A stretch of 60,483 nt of DNA from Candidatus Micrarchaeota archaeon (GTDB lineage Archaea > B1Sed10-29 > JAJSAI01). Shown in pieces: positions 19,579 to 28,978 of this stretch. The position numbers and the translations under genes were made by a program. The stretch spans positions 367 to 60,849 of the forward strand of contig CAZVAJ010000004.1 of assembly GCA_964625085.1 (NCBI GenBank). The letters are read 5' to 3'. Numbering within the stretch: the stretch's first letter is position 1; each line of letters begins with the position of its first letter. Under the pieces are notes generated by a model. That model was not told the origin of the DNA and made no database searches. It saw nothing but the letters and a program-made list of their open reading frames with translations.

Positions 19579-20313
19579 ATGTTGTATCCTGGTGTTTCAA
19601 CACAAGCATATGACCGTGCGATCACGGTATTCAGTCCTGATGGAAGGCTGTTCCAAGTAGAATACGCAAGAGAAGCGGTAAAAAGAGGCACTACAGCAGT
19701 CGGAATGGTGTACAAAGAAGGAGTTCTGCTCGCAGTGGACAAAAACGTTCAGTCAAGATTACTCAAAGCAGAATCAATAGAAAAGATATTCATAATAGAC
19801 GACCACATAGCAACCGCAATATCCGGGCTGGTAGCTGACGCAAGAAGGCTTGTTGACTACTCAAGAAGGATAGTTCAAGAAGAAAAGTACGCATACAATG
19901 AGGACATGGATGTAGAAACTCTAACAAAAGAGGTATGCGACCTCAAGCAAGCATACACTCAGTACGGAGGCGCAAGACCCTTCGGAGCTGCGCTCCTCAT
20001 AGTCGGAGTAGATGACAAAGGAGCCCACTTATTTGAAACAGATCCGTCTGGAGCATTCTGGGAAAGTAACGCATCTGCGATGGGAGAAGGAAAACAGAAA
20101 GCAGTAACCCTTTTCGAGAAAGAGTACAATGAACACATGACAAGAGAAGAAGCAATAGACCTGGCATTAAAAGCCCTAAAACAGGTAGGGGACAGAAAAA
20201 TCTCAGAAGACACTGTTGACATGCTCATAATCCCTGAAAAAACACGCAAAGCAGAAATGATAAGCAAAAAAGAGCTTGAAGAGCACATAAAAAAGATCTC
20301 AAAAAAGAAGTGA
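19579..20313 (+). CDS. psmA: Proteasome alpha subunit
   Basis: YDRAITVFSPDGRLFQVEYAREAV, SGLVADAR, RPFG, ETDPSG. Confidence 0.98.
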   Translation: MLYPGVSTQAYDRAITVFSPDGRLFQVEYAREAVKRGTTAVGMVYKEGVLLAVDKNVQSRLLKAESIEKIFIIDDHIATAISGLVADARRLVDYSRRIVQEEKYAYNEDMDVETLTKEVCDLKQAYTQYGGARPFGAALLIVGVDDKGAHLFETDPSGAFWESNASAMGEGKQKAVTLFEKEYNEHMTREEAIDLALKALKQVGDRKISEDTVDMLIIPEKTRKAEMISKKELEEHIKKISKKK

Positions 20314-20318
20314 GTTAA

Positions 20319-21017
20319 ATGATCCCTGTTGACAAGGCTGTAGTTGCAAGAATAGAAAAAGCAGGAAACCAGTTTGAGATACTCGCTGACCCTGAAAAAA
20401 TGGCTGAAATCAGGGCTGGAAAAAAACTGGATTTGGATGAAGTTCTTGCAGTCGACAGGATATACCATGATATAGGTCAAGCAACAGCAGCAAGCGATGA
20501 CGACCTGAAAAAAGCGTTCGGCACAACAGACTTCTACCAAGTGGCAGAGCACATAATAAAACACGGAGAAATAAGACTAACAACAGAACAAAAAAGAAAA
20601 ATGCAAGAAGAGAAAAGAAGAAAAATCGTGGACTACATAGCGCGCAACGCAGTAGATCCGCGAACTCACACCCCTCATCCTCCAAAAAGGATAGAACTGG
20701 CAATGGAAGAAGCCAAGGTGCACATAGACCCCTTGCGAAGGTTTTCTGATCAGGTGCAAGAGGCCATTGAAAAAATAAGATCAATCTTGCCCCTAAAAAT
20801 AGAAACAATAACAGTTATAGCAAGAATCCCTGGCCAGCATGCTGCAAGAGCATACGGCGTGCTGAAAAGATACAAGATAACTAAGGAGAACTGGCAGTCA
20901 GACGGAAGTCTCAGCGTTACGATAGAAATACCTGGAGGAATGCAAACAGAACTGTACGATGTTCTGAATAAAGCCACTCACGGAGAGGTTGAAACAAAGA
21001 TTCTTGAAAGAAGGTGA
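20319..21017 (+). CDS. Ribosome maturation factor SBDS/Sdo1
   Basis: FEILADP, FGTTD, GEIRLTTEQ, DPRTHTPHPPKRIELAM. Confidence 0.95.
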   Translation: MIPVDKAVVARIEKAGNQFEILADPEKMAEIRAGKKLDLDEVLAVDRIYHDIGQATAASDDDLKKAFGTTDFYQVAEHIIKHGEIRLTTEQKRKMQEEKRRKIVDYIARNAVDPRTHTPHPPKRIELAMEEAKVHIDPLRRFSDQVQEAIEKIRSILPLKIETITVIARIPGQHAARAYGVLKRYKITKENWQSDGSLSVTIEIPGGMQTELYDVLNKATHGEVETKILERR

Positions 21018-21023
21018 TAACAC

Positions 21024-21617
21024 GTGAAAAAGATAGTAATTCCCGGAGAGGAAATAAAATCAAGAGTAAGAGAGCACACTTACGAGGATAAAGGAAAAAC
21101 GTATTCAGCAGTTTATGGTGTTCTAATAGAAAATGAAGGAAAAGGAAAAATAGTGCCCCTGAAAGGCCACTATCTTCCAAGGAAAGGGGACACCATAATT
21201 GGAATAGTTGAAGATGTAAAATACGGCGGGTGCATGGTGGACATAAACACCGCAGAATCAGCTTACCTGCACACTGAAAGACCATACAAAGAGGCAGACG
21301 TTCTTGTTGCAGAAGTAATGGACATAAACGAACTGAAAGAAGCAAAACTATCAAGAGACAGAAAACTCCCTAAAGGAACACTACTGGAAGTTGATTCTGT
21401 AAAGGTTCCGCGGATAATAGGGAAAAACAACAGCATGATAAACATGATACAAGAACTTACAGGATCAGAAGTGATTGTAGGAAGAAACGGCAGAATATGG
21501 ATTCACGGTGGCGACATAACAAAAGTCATGGACGCAATAAACACGATAATAGAAAAAACTCATGTTAGCGGACTAACTGAAAAGATAAAAAAACAGCTAG
21601 AAGGTGAAAGTGAATGA
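21024..21617 (+). CDS. rrp4: Exosome RNA-binding subunit Rrp4
   Basis: [20 protein letters not shown]1 domain, [11 protein letters not shown] and [11 protein letters not shown] domain. Confidence 0.93.
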   Translation: MKKIVIPGEEIKSRVREHTYEDKGKTYSAVYGVLIENEGKGKIVPLKGHYLPRKGDTIIGIVEDVKYGGCMVDINTAESAYLHTERPYKEADVLVAEVMDINELKEAKLSRDRKLPKGTLLEVDSVKVPRIIGKNNSMINMIQELTGSEVIVGRNGRIWIHGGDITKVMDAINTIIEKTHVSGLTEKIKKQLEGESE

Positions 21618-22339
21618 AAAATCCTGATATCAAGCTCTTGGACAACAAGGGCAAAAGACTTGATGGAAGAGGCCTGAAAGAACTTAGGCCAATAACAATA
21701 AAAGCAGGAGTTCTGGACAGAGCAGACGGATCTTGTTACCTGGAATGGGGTGGAAACAAGATCATTGCAGGGGTGTACGGGCCCAGAGAAGTGATCCCAA
21801 AACATCTTGCAGATCCCCTAAAGGCAAGACTTGTCTACAGGTACAACCTCGCTCCGTTCTCTGTGGATGAAAGGGCAAGACCCGGACCAAGCAGAAGATC
21901 AATAGAGATAAGTAAAGTCAGCAGAGAAGCTCTAGAAAAAACAGTAATGCTGGAAGAATTCCCGAAAACCCAGATAGACGTGTACGTAGAAGTATTAGAA
22001 GCAGAAGCAGGAACAAGATGCGCAGCCCTAACTGCCGCAAGCGTAGCACTAGCGGATGCAGGAATCCCAATGAAAGATCTTGTGACCGCGTGCGCTGCAG
22101 GAAAGATCGGAGGAAAAATAGCCCTGGACCTTGCAAAAGAGGAGGACAACTACGGAGAAGCAGATTTCCCAATAGCAATCCTCCCAAGAACCAGAGAAGT
22201 AGTTCTCATGCAAATGGACGGAAACTTCACAAGAGAAGAACTTGACGAAGCGCTTGAAACCGCAATAAGCGGGGCAATGCAGGTATACGAGCTCCAGAAA
22301 AAAGCGCTGAAAGAGAAGTATTCAGTAGAAGGTGAGTAA
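21614..22339 (+). CDS. rrp41: Exosome core subunit Rrp41
   Basis: [38 protein letters not shown]. Confidence 0.96.
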   Translation: MKNPDIKLLDNKGKRLDGRGLKELRPITIKAGVLDRADGSCYLEWGGNKIIAGVYGPREVIPKHLADPLKARLVYRYNLAPFSVDERARPGPSRRSIEISKVSREALEKTVMLEEFPKTQIDVYVEVLEAEAGTRCAALTAASVALADAGIPMKDLVTACAAGKIGGKIALDLAKEEDNYGEADFPIAILPRTREVVLMQMDGNFTREELDEALETAISGAMQVYELQKKALKEKYSVEGE

Positions 22340-23135
22340 GATGGATCATGAAGATATAATATGGGAAGTCAAAAAAGAAGGAATACGCAACGCTGTGCTC
22401 GCAGGAAAAAGAATGGATGGGAGAGCACAGTACGAGTACAGGCCAGTAGAAGTCAAAACAGACTACATCAAAAGGGCAGAAGGTAGTGCCCTCGTAAAGC
22501 TTGGTAAAACCCAAGTGCTTGTAGGAGTAAAAATGGATATTGGAACACCTTACCCTGACACACCCAACCACGGAAACTTAATAACAAACGCTGAAATGGG
22601 GCCAATAGCAGCACCCGTGTTCACACCAGGACCTCCTGATGAAAATGCCATAGAACTAGCAAGAGTAGTAGACAGGGGGATAAGAGAATCAGGAATGATA
22701 GACACAGAGAAACTCTGCATAACAGAAGGAGAACTCGTGTGGAATGTTCTCGTTGATGTGCACGTGCTTGACTACGACGGCAACTTGTTCGATGCAGCAA
22801 GCCTTGGAGCAACAGCAGCACTGCACACTGCAAAGATCCCGAAATTAGAGGGAGAGAGAGTCATATACTCTGAAAGAAAAGACCCTCTGCCAGTAAAATG
22901 GGCACCGATAGCAGCAACATTCGTAAGAATAGACCGAACAGACGTCCTTGACCCAAGCCTTGGAGAAGAAAAATCAATGGACGGAAGACTAACCCTAATA
23001 ACAAGAGATGATGGAGCGCTTTGTGCAGCTCAAAAAGGAGGACCCTGCGCATATAAAAAGGAAGAGATAGAAAAATTATTCGATATTGCGGTTGAGAAAA
23101 CAAACGAACTGCGCAAGAAGGTGATCAAAAAATGA
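22332..23135 (+). CDS. rrp42: Exosome core subunit Rrp42
   Basis: [49 protein letters not shown]. Confidence 0.96.
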   Translation: MSKMDHEDIIWEVKKEGIRNAVLAGKRMDGRAQYEYRPVEVKTDYIKRAEGSALVKLGKTQVLVGVKMDIGTPYPDTPNHGNLITNAEMGPIAAPVFTPGPPDENAIELARVVDRGIRESGMIDTEKLCITEGELVWNVLVDVHVLDYDGNLFDAASLGATAALHTAKIPKLEGERVIYSERKDPLPVKWAPIAATFVRIDRTDVLDPSLGEEKSMDGRLTLITRDDGALCAAQKGGPCAYKKEEIEKLFDIAVEKTNELRKKVIKK

Positions 23136-23419
23136 CCACAAAAAAACTAGGGCCAATGGCAAGGTACGGCTCAAGATACGGATACAGACTAAAGAAAAAA
23201 GCCAAAAATGTTGAAGTAGTGCAAAAAGCAAAACACGAATGTCCTAAATGCGGTAAAAAGAGCATGAAAAGAAGAAGCAATGGAGTATGGGCCTGCACTA
23301 AATGTGGGGCAGTAATGGCAGGAGGAGCGTACTCTCCGCATACAGGAGCATGGAAAGGAATACTTTCAATACTAGGTGGTAAACGTGTGGAAATGCATGA
23401 AATGCGGGAAAGAAGTTAA
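23132..23419 (+). CDS. rpl37ae: 50S ribosomal protein eL43 (L37Ae)
   Basis: RYGSRYG, CPKC..CTKC zinc ribbon, AGGAYSP. Confidence 0.95.
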   Translation: MTTKKLGPMARYGSRYGYRLKKKAKNVEVVQKAKHECPKCGKKSMKRRSNGVWACTKCGAVMAGGAYSPHTGAWKGILSILGGKRVEMHEMRERS

Positions 23420-23510
23420 GGATATCAGTGTTGTAAAATGCCCGTACTGCGGGTACCGGATCCTTGAAAAAGAAAAGCCACCGATAGTTAAAAAGCTGAA
23501 AACAGACTGA
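23385..23510 (+). CDS. rpoP: RNA polymerase subunit P (Rpo12); missing from the ORF track
   Basis: GTG start after AGGTGGT; translates MWKCMKCGKEVKDISVVKCPYCGYRILEKEKPPIVKKLKTD (41 aa); canonical position after rpl37ae. Confidence 0.93.
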   Translation: MWKCMKCGKEVKDISVVKCPYCGYRILEKEKPPIVKKLKTD

Positions 23511-23512
23511 AG

Positions 23513-23965
23513 ATGATACTGTTCACAACCAGCAGAAAGCCAGTCCAATCCAGCAGAAGTCTGGCCAGGCTCATGGCAAAATTAATCCCATACTCCGAAT
23601 ACATAACAAGAGGAAAAATGGGAATAGAGAAACTTGCAGAAGTTGCCAGAACAAAAGGATACGAAACAGTGTGCATAATCTCAGAATCTCACGGAAACCC
23701 TTCAGCCTTCATGTTCCTGAAGACTTTTCCCGAAACCAGATGGGAACAAAAGATAGAATTTAGGGTAAAAGAACTCAAAAAAATCAAAAAACCGAGCAAG
23801 AGCATACTCGTTCAAGGAACGGACAGTGAAAAATTTAAGACCCTCTTCAACATACAGGAAGAAGAAGAGGGTGGAACAGTAGTAATAACAGATAAAGAAA
23901 AATGGATATTTAAAACAGATGAAGGAGAAATAATCACAATATATATTGGGGGTGCAAAAAAGTGA
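23513..23965 (+). CDS. Brix domain ribosome biogenesis protein (Imp4-like)
   Basis: MILFTTSRKP, TRGKMG, ESHGNP. Confidence 0.85.
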   Translation: MILFTTSRKPVQSSRSLARLMAKLIPYSEYITRGKMGIEKLAEVARTKGYETVCIISESHGNPSAFMFLKTFPETRWEQKIEFRVKELKKIKKPSKSILVQGTDSEKFKTLFNIQEEEEGGTVVITDKEKWIFKTDEGEIITIYIGGAKK

Positions 23966-24312
23966 ATCAAAACGAAATACCAAAAGAAACCCAAGAGGAC
24001 CTGCTTAACCTGCAAAACCTTCAAAGACAGATGCAGATGCTGGTTACTCAAGAACAACAGCTTGAGGTAGAAAAAAGCCTTCTCACGCAAGCTCTAGAAG
24101 AACTGAAAAAAGCAGAAGGAAAGACATACAAAAACATAGGGGGCATAATAATAGAACAGGATAAAGAGAGTCTGATAAAAGAGCTTGAGGAAAAACAGGA
24201 AAAAGTAAAACAGCATCTTGAAACTCTCAAGAAACAAGAAGAGAGAATAAAGAAAAAAGCAAACGAAGTCCAGGAAAGGATAGAAAAAGCCCTCAATAAA
24301 GACAAAAAGTGA
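23962..24312 (+). CDS. pfdB: Prefoldin beta subunit
   Basis: Two coiled coils flanking TYKNIGGIII beta-hairpin; operon position. Confidence 0.92.
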   Translation: MNQNEIPKETQEDLLNLQNLQRQMQMLVTQEQQLEVEKSLLTQALEELKKAEGKTYKNIGGIIIEQDKESLIKELEEKQEKVKQHLETLKKQEERIKKKANEVQERIEKALNKDKK

Positions 24313-24319
24313 GTGGCTG

Positions 24320-25237
24320 ATGCCAAAGGCCTTAATAGTCACCCACGCGATCCCAGACGCTGATGCAGTAGCATCAGCAATGGGGGTCAAAAAAATCGTG
24401 GGAAACGCAGACATCCTAATTCCAGGAGGTCTGAATGCAACTGCAAGACAACTTCTTGGGAAACAACAGGTTCTTGTAGAATGGCCTGAAAAGGAGTATT
24501 CACTCATAATATGTGTAGACTTTTCCTCAGAAAAGATGTGCCCAGGCATACTAGAACGAAAAGAAAAAAAGATAGTGATAGACCACCACACTCCAAAAAG
24601 AGAGTTCCTAAAGCACGTTGACGGTTACCTGATAGACAAAAACGCAGGTTCAACAACAGAGCTCGTTTACATGATAATGAAAGACCATGGCATAAAACCA
24701 GAGAAACAGCTAAGAAAAATCATGGCTGCAGGCATATACTATGATACGGTGAGCCTGAGAGTGGCCAGAAAAACATCTCTGCTTGCCATGGCAGACTTGT
24801 TAGAAACAAACGAAGTTAATATTGCAGAAATGATAGGCAGTATAGGAATAGAACCTGAAGAAAGCGAAAAAATTGCGAGACTAAAAGCATGCCAAAGAGC
24901 AAGACTCCTCAGAGAAAACGGCGTGATCATAGCCAGCGCAACTGTCTCCGCATTTGAAGGCCCTGCTGCAAGCTCCTTAATGCAAGCTGGTGCAGACATT
25001 TCCTTTGTAGGCAGCAAAAAAAATGGAAGGATAGGCGCAAGAGCGCGGCCCTGGCTGACCGCAAAAGGATTTAGCTTGTCAGAGCACGTGTTCTCAAAAG
25101 TTGCCAGGGATAAACCTTGGATTTCATACGGTGGACACAAGGGAGCAGCAGGAATGCAAGGAATAAAACAAGAGGAATTCAAACAGGTTCTTGAAGAATG
25201 CGTGGAAAAAGCCAGAAAATGGGCGAAAGGATTATAA
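24320..25237 (+). CDS. DHH/DHHA1 family phosphoesterase
   Basis: THAIPDADA, IDHH, GIYYDT, GGHKGAAG. Confidence 0.9.
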   Translation: MPKALIVTHAIPDADAVASAMGVKKIVGNADILIPGGLNATARQLLGKQQVLVEWPEKEYSLIICVDFSSEKMCPGILERKEKKIVIDHHTPKREFLKHVDGYLIDKNAGSTTELVYMIMKDHGIKPEKQLRKIMAAGIYYDTVSLRVARKTSLLAMADLLETNEVNIAEMIGSIGIEPEESEKIARLKACQRARLLRENGVIIASATVSAFEGPAASSLMQAGADISFVGSKKNGRIGARARPWLTAKGFSLSEHVFSKVARDKPWISYGGHKGAAGMQGIKQEEFKQVLEECVEKARKWAKGL

Positions 25238-25281
25238 AAAGAAATGCCCTTAATCTATTGGGCATTAGGAGGTAGAACGAT

Positions 25282-25527
25282 ATGAACCGACTGACAGAAC
25301 TGTACGGCAAGCGCATATACACTGAAGACAGTGAATATCTAGGCGTTGCAAAAGACGTTATAATCGAGCCCCAAGAGGGCAGAATAAAATTCCTGGTTAA
25401 AGCAGACATCTCATCCATACTCGGAAGGGACGAAGCAGAAGCAAAAGCATTCATTAAAAAAAATGCAATACCATTTGACAGGGTAGTTGCCACAGGCGAC
25501 ATAATAATAGTAAAATCAAGGGGTTGA
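25282..25527 (+). CDS. PRC-barrel domain protein (CdpB-like), 1
   Basis: LYGKRIYT...YLGVAKDVII...IPFDRVVATGDIIIV; AGGAGGT SD. Confidence 0.85.
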   Translation: MNRLTELYGKRIYTEDSEYLGVAKDVIIEPQEGRIKFLVKADISSILGRDEAEAKAFIKKNAIPFDRVVATGDIIIVKSRG

Positions 25528-25533
25528 TTTTGA

Positions 25534-25770
25534 ATGGCCACTGTACTAGGATCAAGGATAAATGGAAGAAAAGTAGTAACAACCAACGGAACAGAACTGG
25601 GAACGCTAGTTGACGCGTATTTTGAGGACGGCGGAAAGATAGCAAGCGTGCTCGTAAAACCAATGAGGGTAACTCCTGAAATGAATCTTACAAAGGATAA
25701 ACTGCTTGAAATACCATACAGGGACGTTAGAGCATTTGGAAAATATGTACTAGTTGATTTCCCAGGATAA
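25534..25770 (+). CDS. PRC-barrel domain protein (CdpB-like), 2
   Basis: GRKVVTTNGTELGTLVD...IPYRDVRAFGKYVLV. Confidence 0.85.
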   Translation: MATVLGSRINGRKVVTTNGTELGTLVDAYFEDGGKIASVLVKPMRVTPEMNLTKDKLLEIPYRDVRAFGKYVLVDFPG

Positions 25771-26064
25771 AAACCCAAAACCACCTAGCTGATTATTACA
25801 GTTTCTTATAACAAGGGGGTTTATCGGAGGGGGGCAGGACGCCAAGGTAAATCCCTATTGGCCGGGTGAGCCTCATCCCCCCCACCTCTTCATTGATTCA
25901 GATATTTCCTAAGAGGTGTCATGCTTCACCTCCATTTTCTGAAAGGATGTTCAAGTATAAAAAACTGCCACTTAGAAAAACAAACCAGCAACCCCCCATC
26001 CCCTTAATTTATCTTAAATACAGTTAACTTAAAACAGATAAACGGCTTTTGAGGTATATTATAC

Positions 26065-26080
26065 CGTCATAATCCAAACA
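26065..26080 (+). repeat. 16-bp intergenic motif CGTCATAATCCAAACA, copy 2
   Basis: Exact match at 17668-17683; immediately upstream of TTAAATATAA. Confidence 0.7.
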
Positions 26081-26263
26081 CAAAGCTTAAATATAATAAA
26101 TCACACCAATATATTGCCAAATTCTCCAAGGAGAGGAGATTAAAGAAGTTCTATTCCTAAAACCTTGGGTGGGCCTCCTCTCCGCCACATCTGATACAAT
26201 CAGTCTAATCCATCACAAGCGGATTCGTTAATTATTTAAATGAGTTACGTTAATAACAGAAGT

Positions 26264-26944
26264 ATGGATGAAGTTGTGCAGAAGATAGCTGGAGAGATAA
26301 CCTTATCAGACAATCCCGGCGCCAGCCTGAAAAAGTGGAGGGAGATGTTCGGGGTTACACAAACTGAACTCGCAGAACACATGGGAGTAACTCCAAGCAC
26401 GATTTCTGACTATGAATCAAACAGAAGAAAAAGCCCTGGAATAAAACTAATCCGCAGGTTTATAGAAGCCTTATGCAAGATAGATGAAAAAAGAGGAGGC
26501 TGGACCCTAAAGAATTTTACTCCAAACGAAAAAAAGAAAGACATCTACACTATACACGAGCTCAAAAAACCATTGTCTGGTTTTGAGTTTATTGAAATGA
26601 TAAACGGAAAAGCATTAACCAACAAAAGGAAGCTTAAAACAAACCGGATTTATGCAGTTACGTTTGTTGATTCTTTGCGCGCAATACTTGAACTTCCTGC
26701 AGACGAATTTGTGAAAATATATGGATCAACCACAGAAAGAGCCCTCATATTCACTAATGTAAGCATGGGCAGGAGCCCCATGGTTGCAATAAGAGTAACA
26801 AAACTAAAACCAAGCTTAGTAGTACTTCACAATATCACAGAAGTCGACCCTCTTGCAATAAAAATATCTGAGATAGAAGGAGTGCCAATCGCAACAAGCT
26901 TACTGCCCTTGAGTGAAATAAAGTCAAAGGTCATTAAGACCTAA
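26264..26944 (+). CDS. XRE-type HTH transcriptional regulator, archaeal COG1709-like
   Basis: IAGEITLS, KKWREMFGVTQTELA, TISDYE.RRKSPG, GSTTERALIFTNVSMGRSPMVAIR. Confidence 0.88.
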   Translation: MDEVVQKIAGEITLSDNPGASLKKWREMFGVTQTELAEHMGVTPSTISDYESNRRKSPGIKLIRRFIEALCKIDEKRGGWTLKNFTPNEKKKDIYTIHELKKPLSGFEFIEMINGKALTNKRKLKTNRIYAVTFVDSLRAILELPADEFVKIYGSTTERALIFTNVSMGRSPMVAIRVTKLKPSLVVLHNITEVDPLAIKISEIEGVPIATSLLPLSEIKSKVIKT

Positions 26945-27639
26945 TAAAACAGGTTTTTGCCTTCTATCTTCTGATAGTTCAGGTCTATCCTCTCTATAAA
27001 TTCTGCGTTAACAGGCAAGTTCATTTTCAACCTGCTGGGCAACCCTGCTTCAGACATCACGAGAACCTTATTGGGCCGCAGATAGAACTGAGCAGATTTT
27101 ATTTCAGAAATGTCAGATTCAAGGAACTTTCTTCTGGCGAACACCACAAGATGAACTGGCTTCATTCTGGCCAACAGTTTTATGCTAAGCTCTTTCAGCA
27201 TCTGGTTCGACAGAAATTCATACGAGTACAGTTCCTTCCTGAATTTAGAGTCGAGATTGTACATGCAGTCAACTTCACCCCTAAAAAACAGGAAATCAGG
27301 AGACAACACAGATGCAGAGTTAGCCTGCGGAACATAAACTACTGGATTGTACCACCCTGAAAAAAGTTTGTCAAACCTGTTCTTGAAAATGAAGTTAGGC
27401 CTAGAAATTGTTGGTTTGAATTCAAGTTTTTGTATCTTGTTATACTCTGGATCAACACTTATCGTAAGGCCCTTTGGTTTTGTGGAGTCTATTAACCGTA
27501 ACACAGTTTTAAGCTGGAATTCAAATTCAGCAGGATTGAATTCAGAACCATGCACTCTCTTTAATTTGTGCAGGTTTTTTACGCCCAACTTGGAATGGCT
27601 TTTTTCCTGCATTTCAATGAATTCTAAGAGTGTACCCAT
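26941..27639 (-). CDS. Hypothetical protein
   Basis: Long ORF filling the gap between regulator and DUF5320 operon; no family recognised. Confidence 0.6.
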   Translation of the reverse strand: MGTLLEFIEMQEKSHSKLGVKNLHKLKRVHGSEFNPAEFEFQLKTVLRLIDSTKPKGLTISVDPEYNKIQKLEFKPTISRPNFIFKNRFDKLFSGWYNPVVYVPQANSASVLSPDFLFFRGEVDCMYNLDSKFRKELYSYEFLSNQMLKELSIKLLARMKPVHLVVFARRKFLESDISEIKSAQFYLRPNKVLVMSEAGLPSRLKMNLPVNAEFIERIDLNYQKIEGKNLFY

Positions 27640-27776
27640 GATACTGAAAAAGAGCACTGTGTATTTAAAAGTTACGTCAAAAAAGAGGCAAGGGGCTTGA
27701 GCTCAGGCAGATTTGAGTTTTGCCCAGCATTTTTTAGCACCCGTGTACGAGAGACACACAAAGTCAGACCGAAAGG

Positions 27777-27805
27777 TTTAAATAGTGTTATGAATATATA
27801 TTCAT
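27777..27805 (+). promoter_or_regulatory. TATA box followed by perfect 16-bp palindromic operator ATGAATATATATTCAT
   Basis: CGAAAG BRE-like plus TTTAAATA (27777-27784); palindrome 27790-27805 lies before the GGAGGTGG SD of the DUF5320 gene. Confidence 0.75.
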
Positions 27806-27826
27806 TACAATTGGAGGTGGTATAAT

Positions 27827-28111
27827 ATGCCAAGAGGAGATAGAACAGGACCAAATGGAGCAGGCCCCAGAACAGGAAGAGGACTTGGATACTGCGCTGG
27901 ATATGACAGCCCAGGATACACAAGAGGAACACCCAGAGGAGGCGCAGGATACGGAAGAGGGTTTGGAAGAGGCTGGAGATGGTTTAACTACGCTGGCCCA
28001 CAACAACCTCTTCCTGCAACAGAAGAGAAAAGCGCGCTTGAATCTGAACTCAGCGCACTAAAAACAAGAATGGCTGAAATAGAGAAAAAATTGAAAGAAC
28101 TCAAAAAGTGA
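27827..28111 (+). CDS. DUF5320 family protein
   Basis: MPRGDRTGP.G.GPRTGRGLGYCAG, Gly/Arg-rich middle, C-terminal coiled coil. Confidence 0.88.
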   Translation: MPRGDRTGPNGAGPRTGRGLGYCAGYDSPGYTRGTPRGGAGYGRGFGRGWRWFNYAGPQQPLPATEEKSALESELSALKTRMAEIEKKLKELKK

Positions 28112-28118
28112 CATCCTT

Positions 28119-28562
28119 ATGCCAAGACCTAGGCGTAGGCGGTGGGTGTGGAATACTCCAAGCGTGACATACTACAAGCCTGCTGGAATTCCGAAAGCAA
28201 GCCTTGAAGAAGTAGTGCTTACTGTTGATGAACTTGAAGCGATCAGACTGTGCGACCTGGAGAACCTTAGCCAGCAGGAATCAGCGGAAAAAATGAACAT
28301 ATCACAGCCCACGTTCAACCGGATCCTAAACTCGGCAAAAAACAAGATCGCTGACGCGATCGTAAACGGCAAAGCCATAAGAATAGAAGGAGGTGTCTAT
28401 GAAATGGCGTTTGGAAAAGGGCGTGGAAGAGGACCGTACGCAGCAGGCCCTGGAGGAGTATGCAAGTGCCCCAACTGTGGATACGAACAACCACATGCCC
28501 CAGGCCAACCTTGCACACAACTGATCTGCCCAAAATGCAAAACAAGGATGATTAGAGCATGA
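28119..28562 (+). CDS. DUF134 family HTH protein fused to a Cys-rich C-terminal module
   Basis: MPRPRRRR, YKPAG, DELEAIRL.D, MNISQPTF, IEGG; tail GPGGVCKCPNCG..PC...CPKC. Confidence 0.9.
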   Translation: MPRPRRRRWVWNTPSVTYYKPAGIPKASLEEVVLTVDELEAIRLCDLENLSQQESAEKMNISQPTFNRILNSAKNKIADAIVNGKAIRIEGGVYEMAFGKGRGRGPYAAGPGGVCKCPNCGYEQPHAPGQPCTQLICPKCKTRMIRA

Positions 28563-28978
28563 ACAGGAAAAAAGAAGCATTATTAAAAGCTGTGAAAAGC
28601 ATCTGGAACTCTCTGCCAATACTGATAGGCATGGTGCTTTTGATAAGCCTTGCCAAAACATGTATTCCAACCAAAACAATTACATCACTGTTTACAGACA
28701 ACCAAATCATAGGACCTGTTACCGGAAGTATTCTTGGAAGCATTTTTGCAGGAAACCCTATAACAAGCTACATAGTAGGAGGGGAACTTCTAAAACAAGG
28801 GGTGGGCCTCATCACAGTAACAGCTTTCCTTCTTGCGTGGGTGACAGTAGGAATCGTGCAACTGCCTGCAGAAGCCATACTACTGGGAAAAAAGTTCGCT
28901 TTCACGCGAAATGCAGTAGCGTTCCTGCTGTCAATAGCAGGAGCGCTGCTTACAGCAGGGCTGGTGAGTGTGATATGA
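28559..28978 (+). CDS. Permease (DUF318-like), part 1
   Basis: Hydrophobic; GSIFAGNP, AWVTVG, LGKKFAFTRN. Confidence 0.8.
   Translation: MNRKKEALLKAVKSIWNSLPILIGMVLLISLAKTCIPTKTITSLFTDNQIIGPVTGSILGSIFAGNPITSYIVGGELLKQGVGLITVTAFLLAWVTVGIVQLPAEAILLGKKFAFTRNAVAFLLSIAGALLTAGLVSVI

Noticed and set aside
25771..26239. Largest intergenic region considered as replication origin, SRP RNA or RNase P RNA
   Set aside because: G and C runs are present, but I found no repeated ORB consensus, no SRP helix 8 motif and no RNase P P4 consensus.
28660..28974. Long N-terminal extension of the second permease ORF
   Set aside because: Overlaps the first permease in another frame; the ATG at 28975 in an ATGA overlap is the more plausible start.
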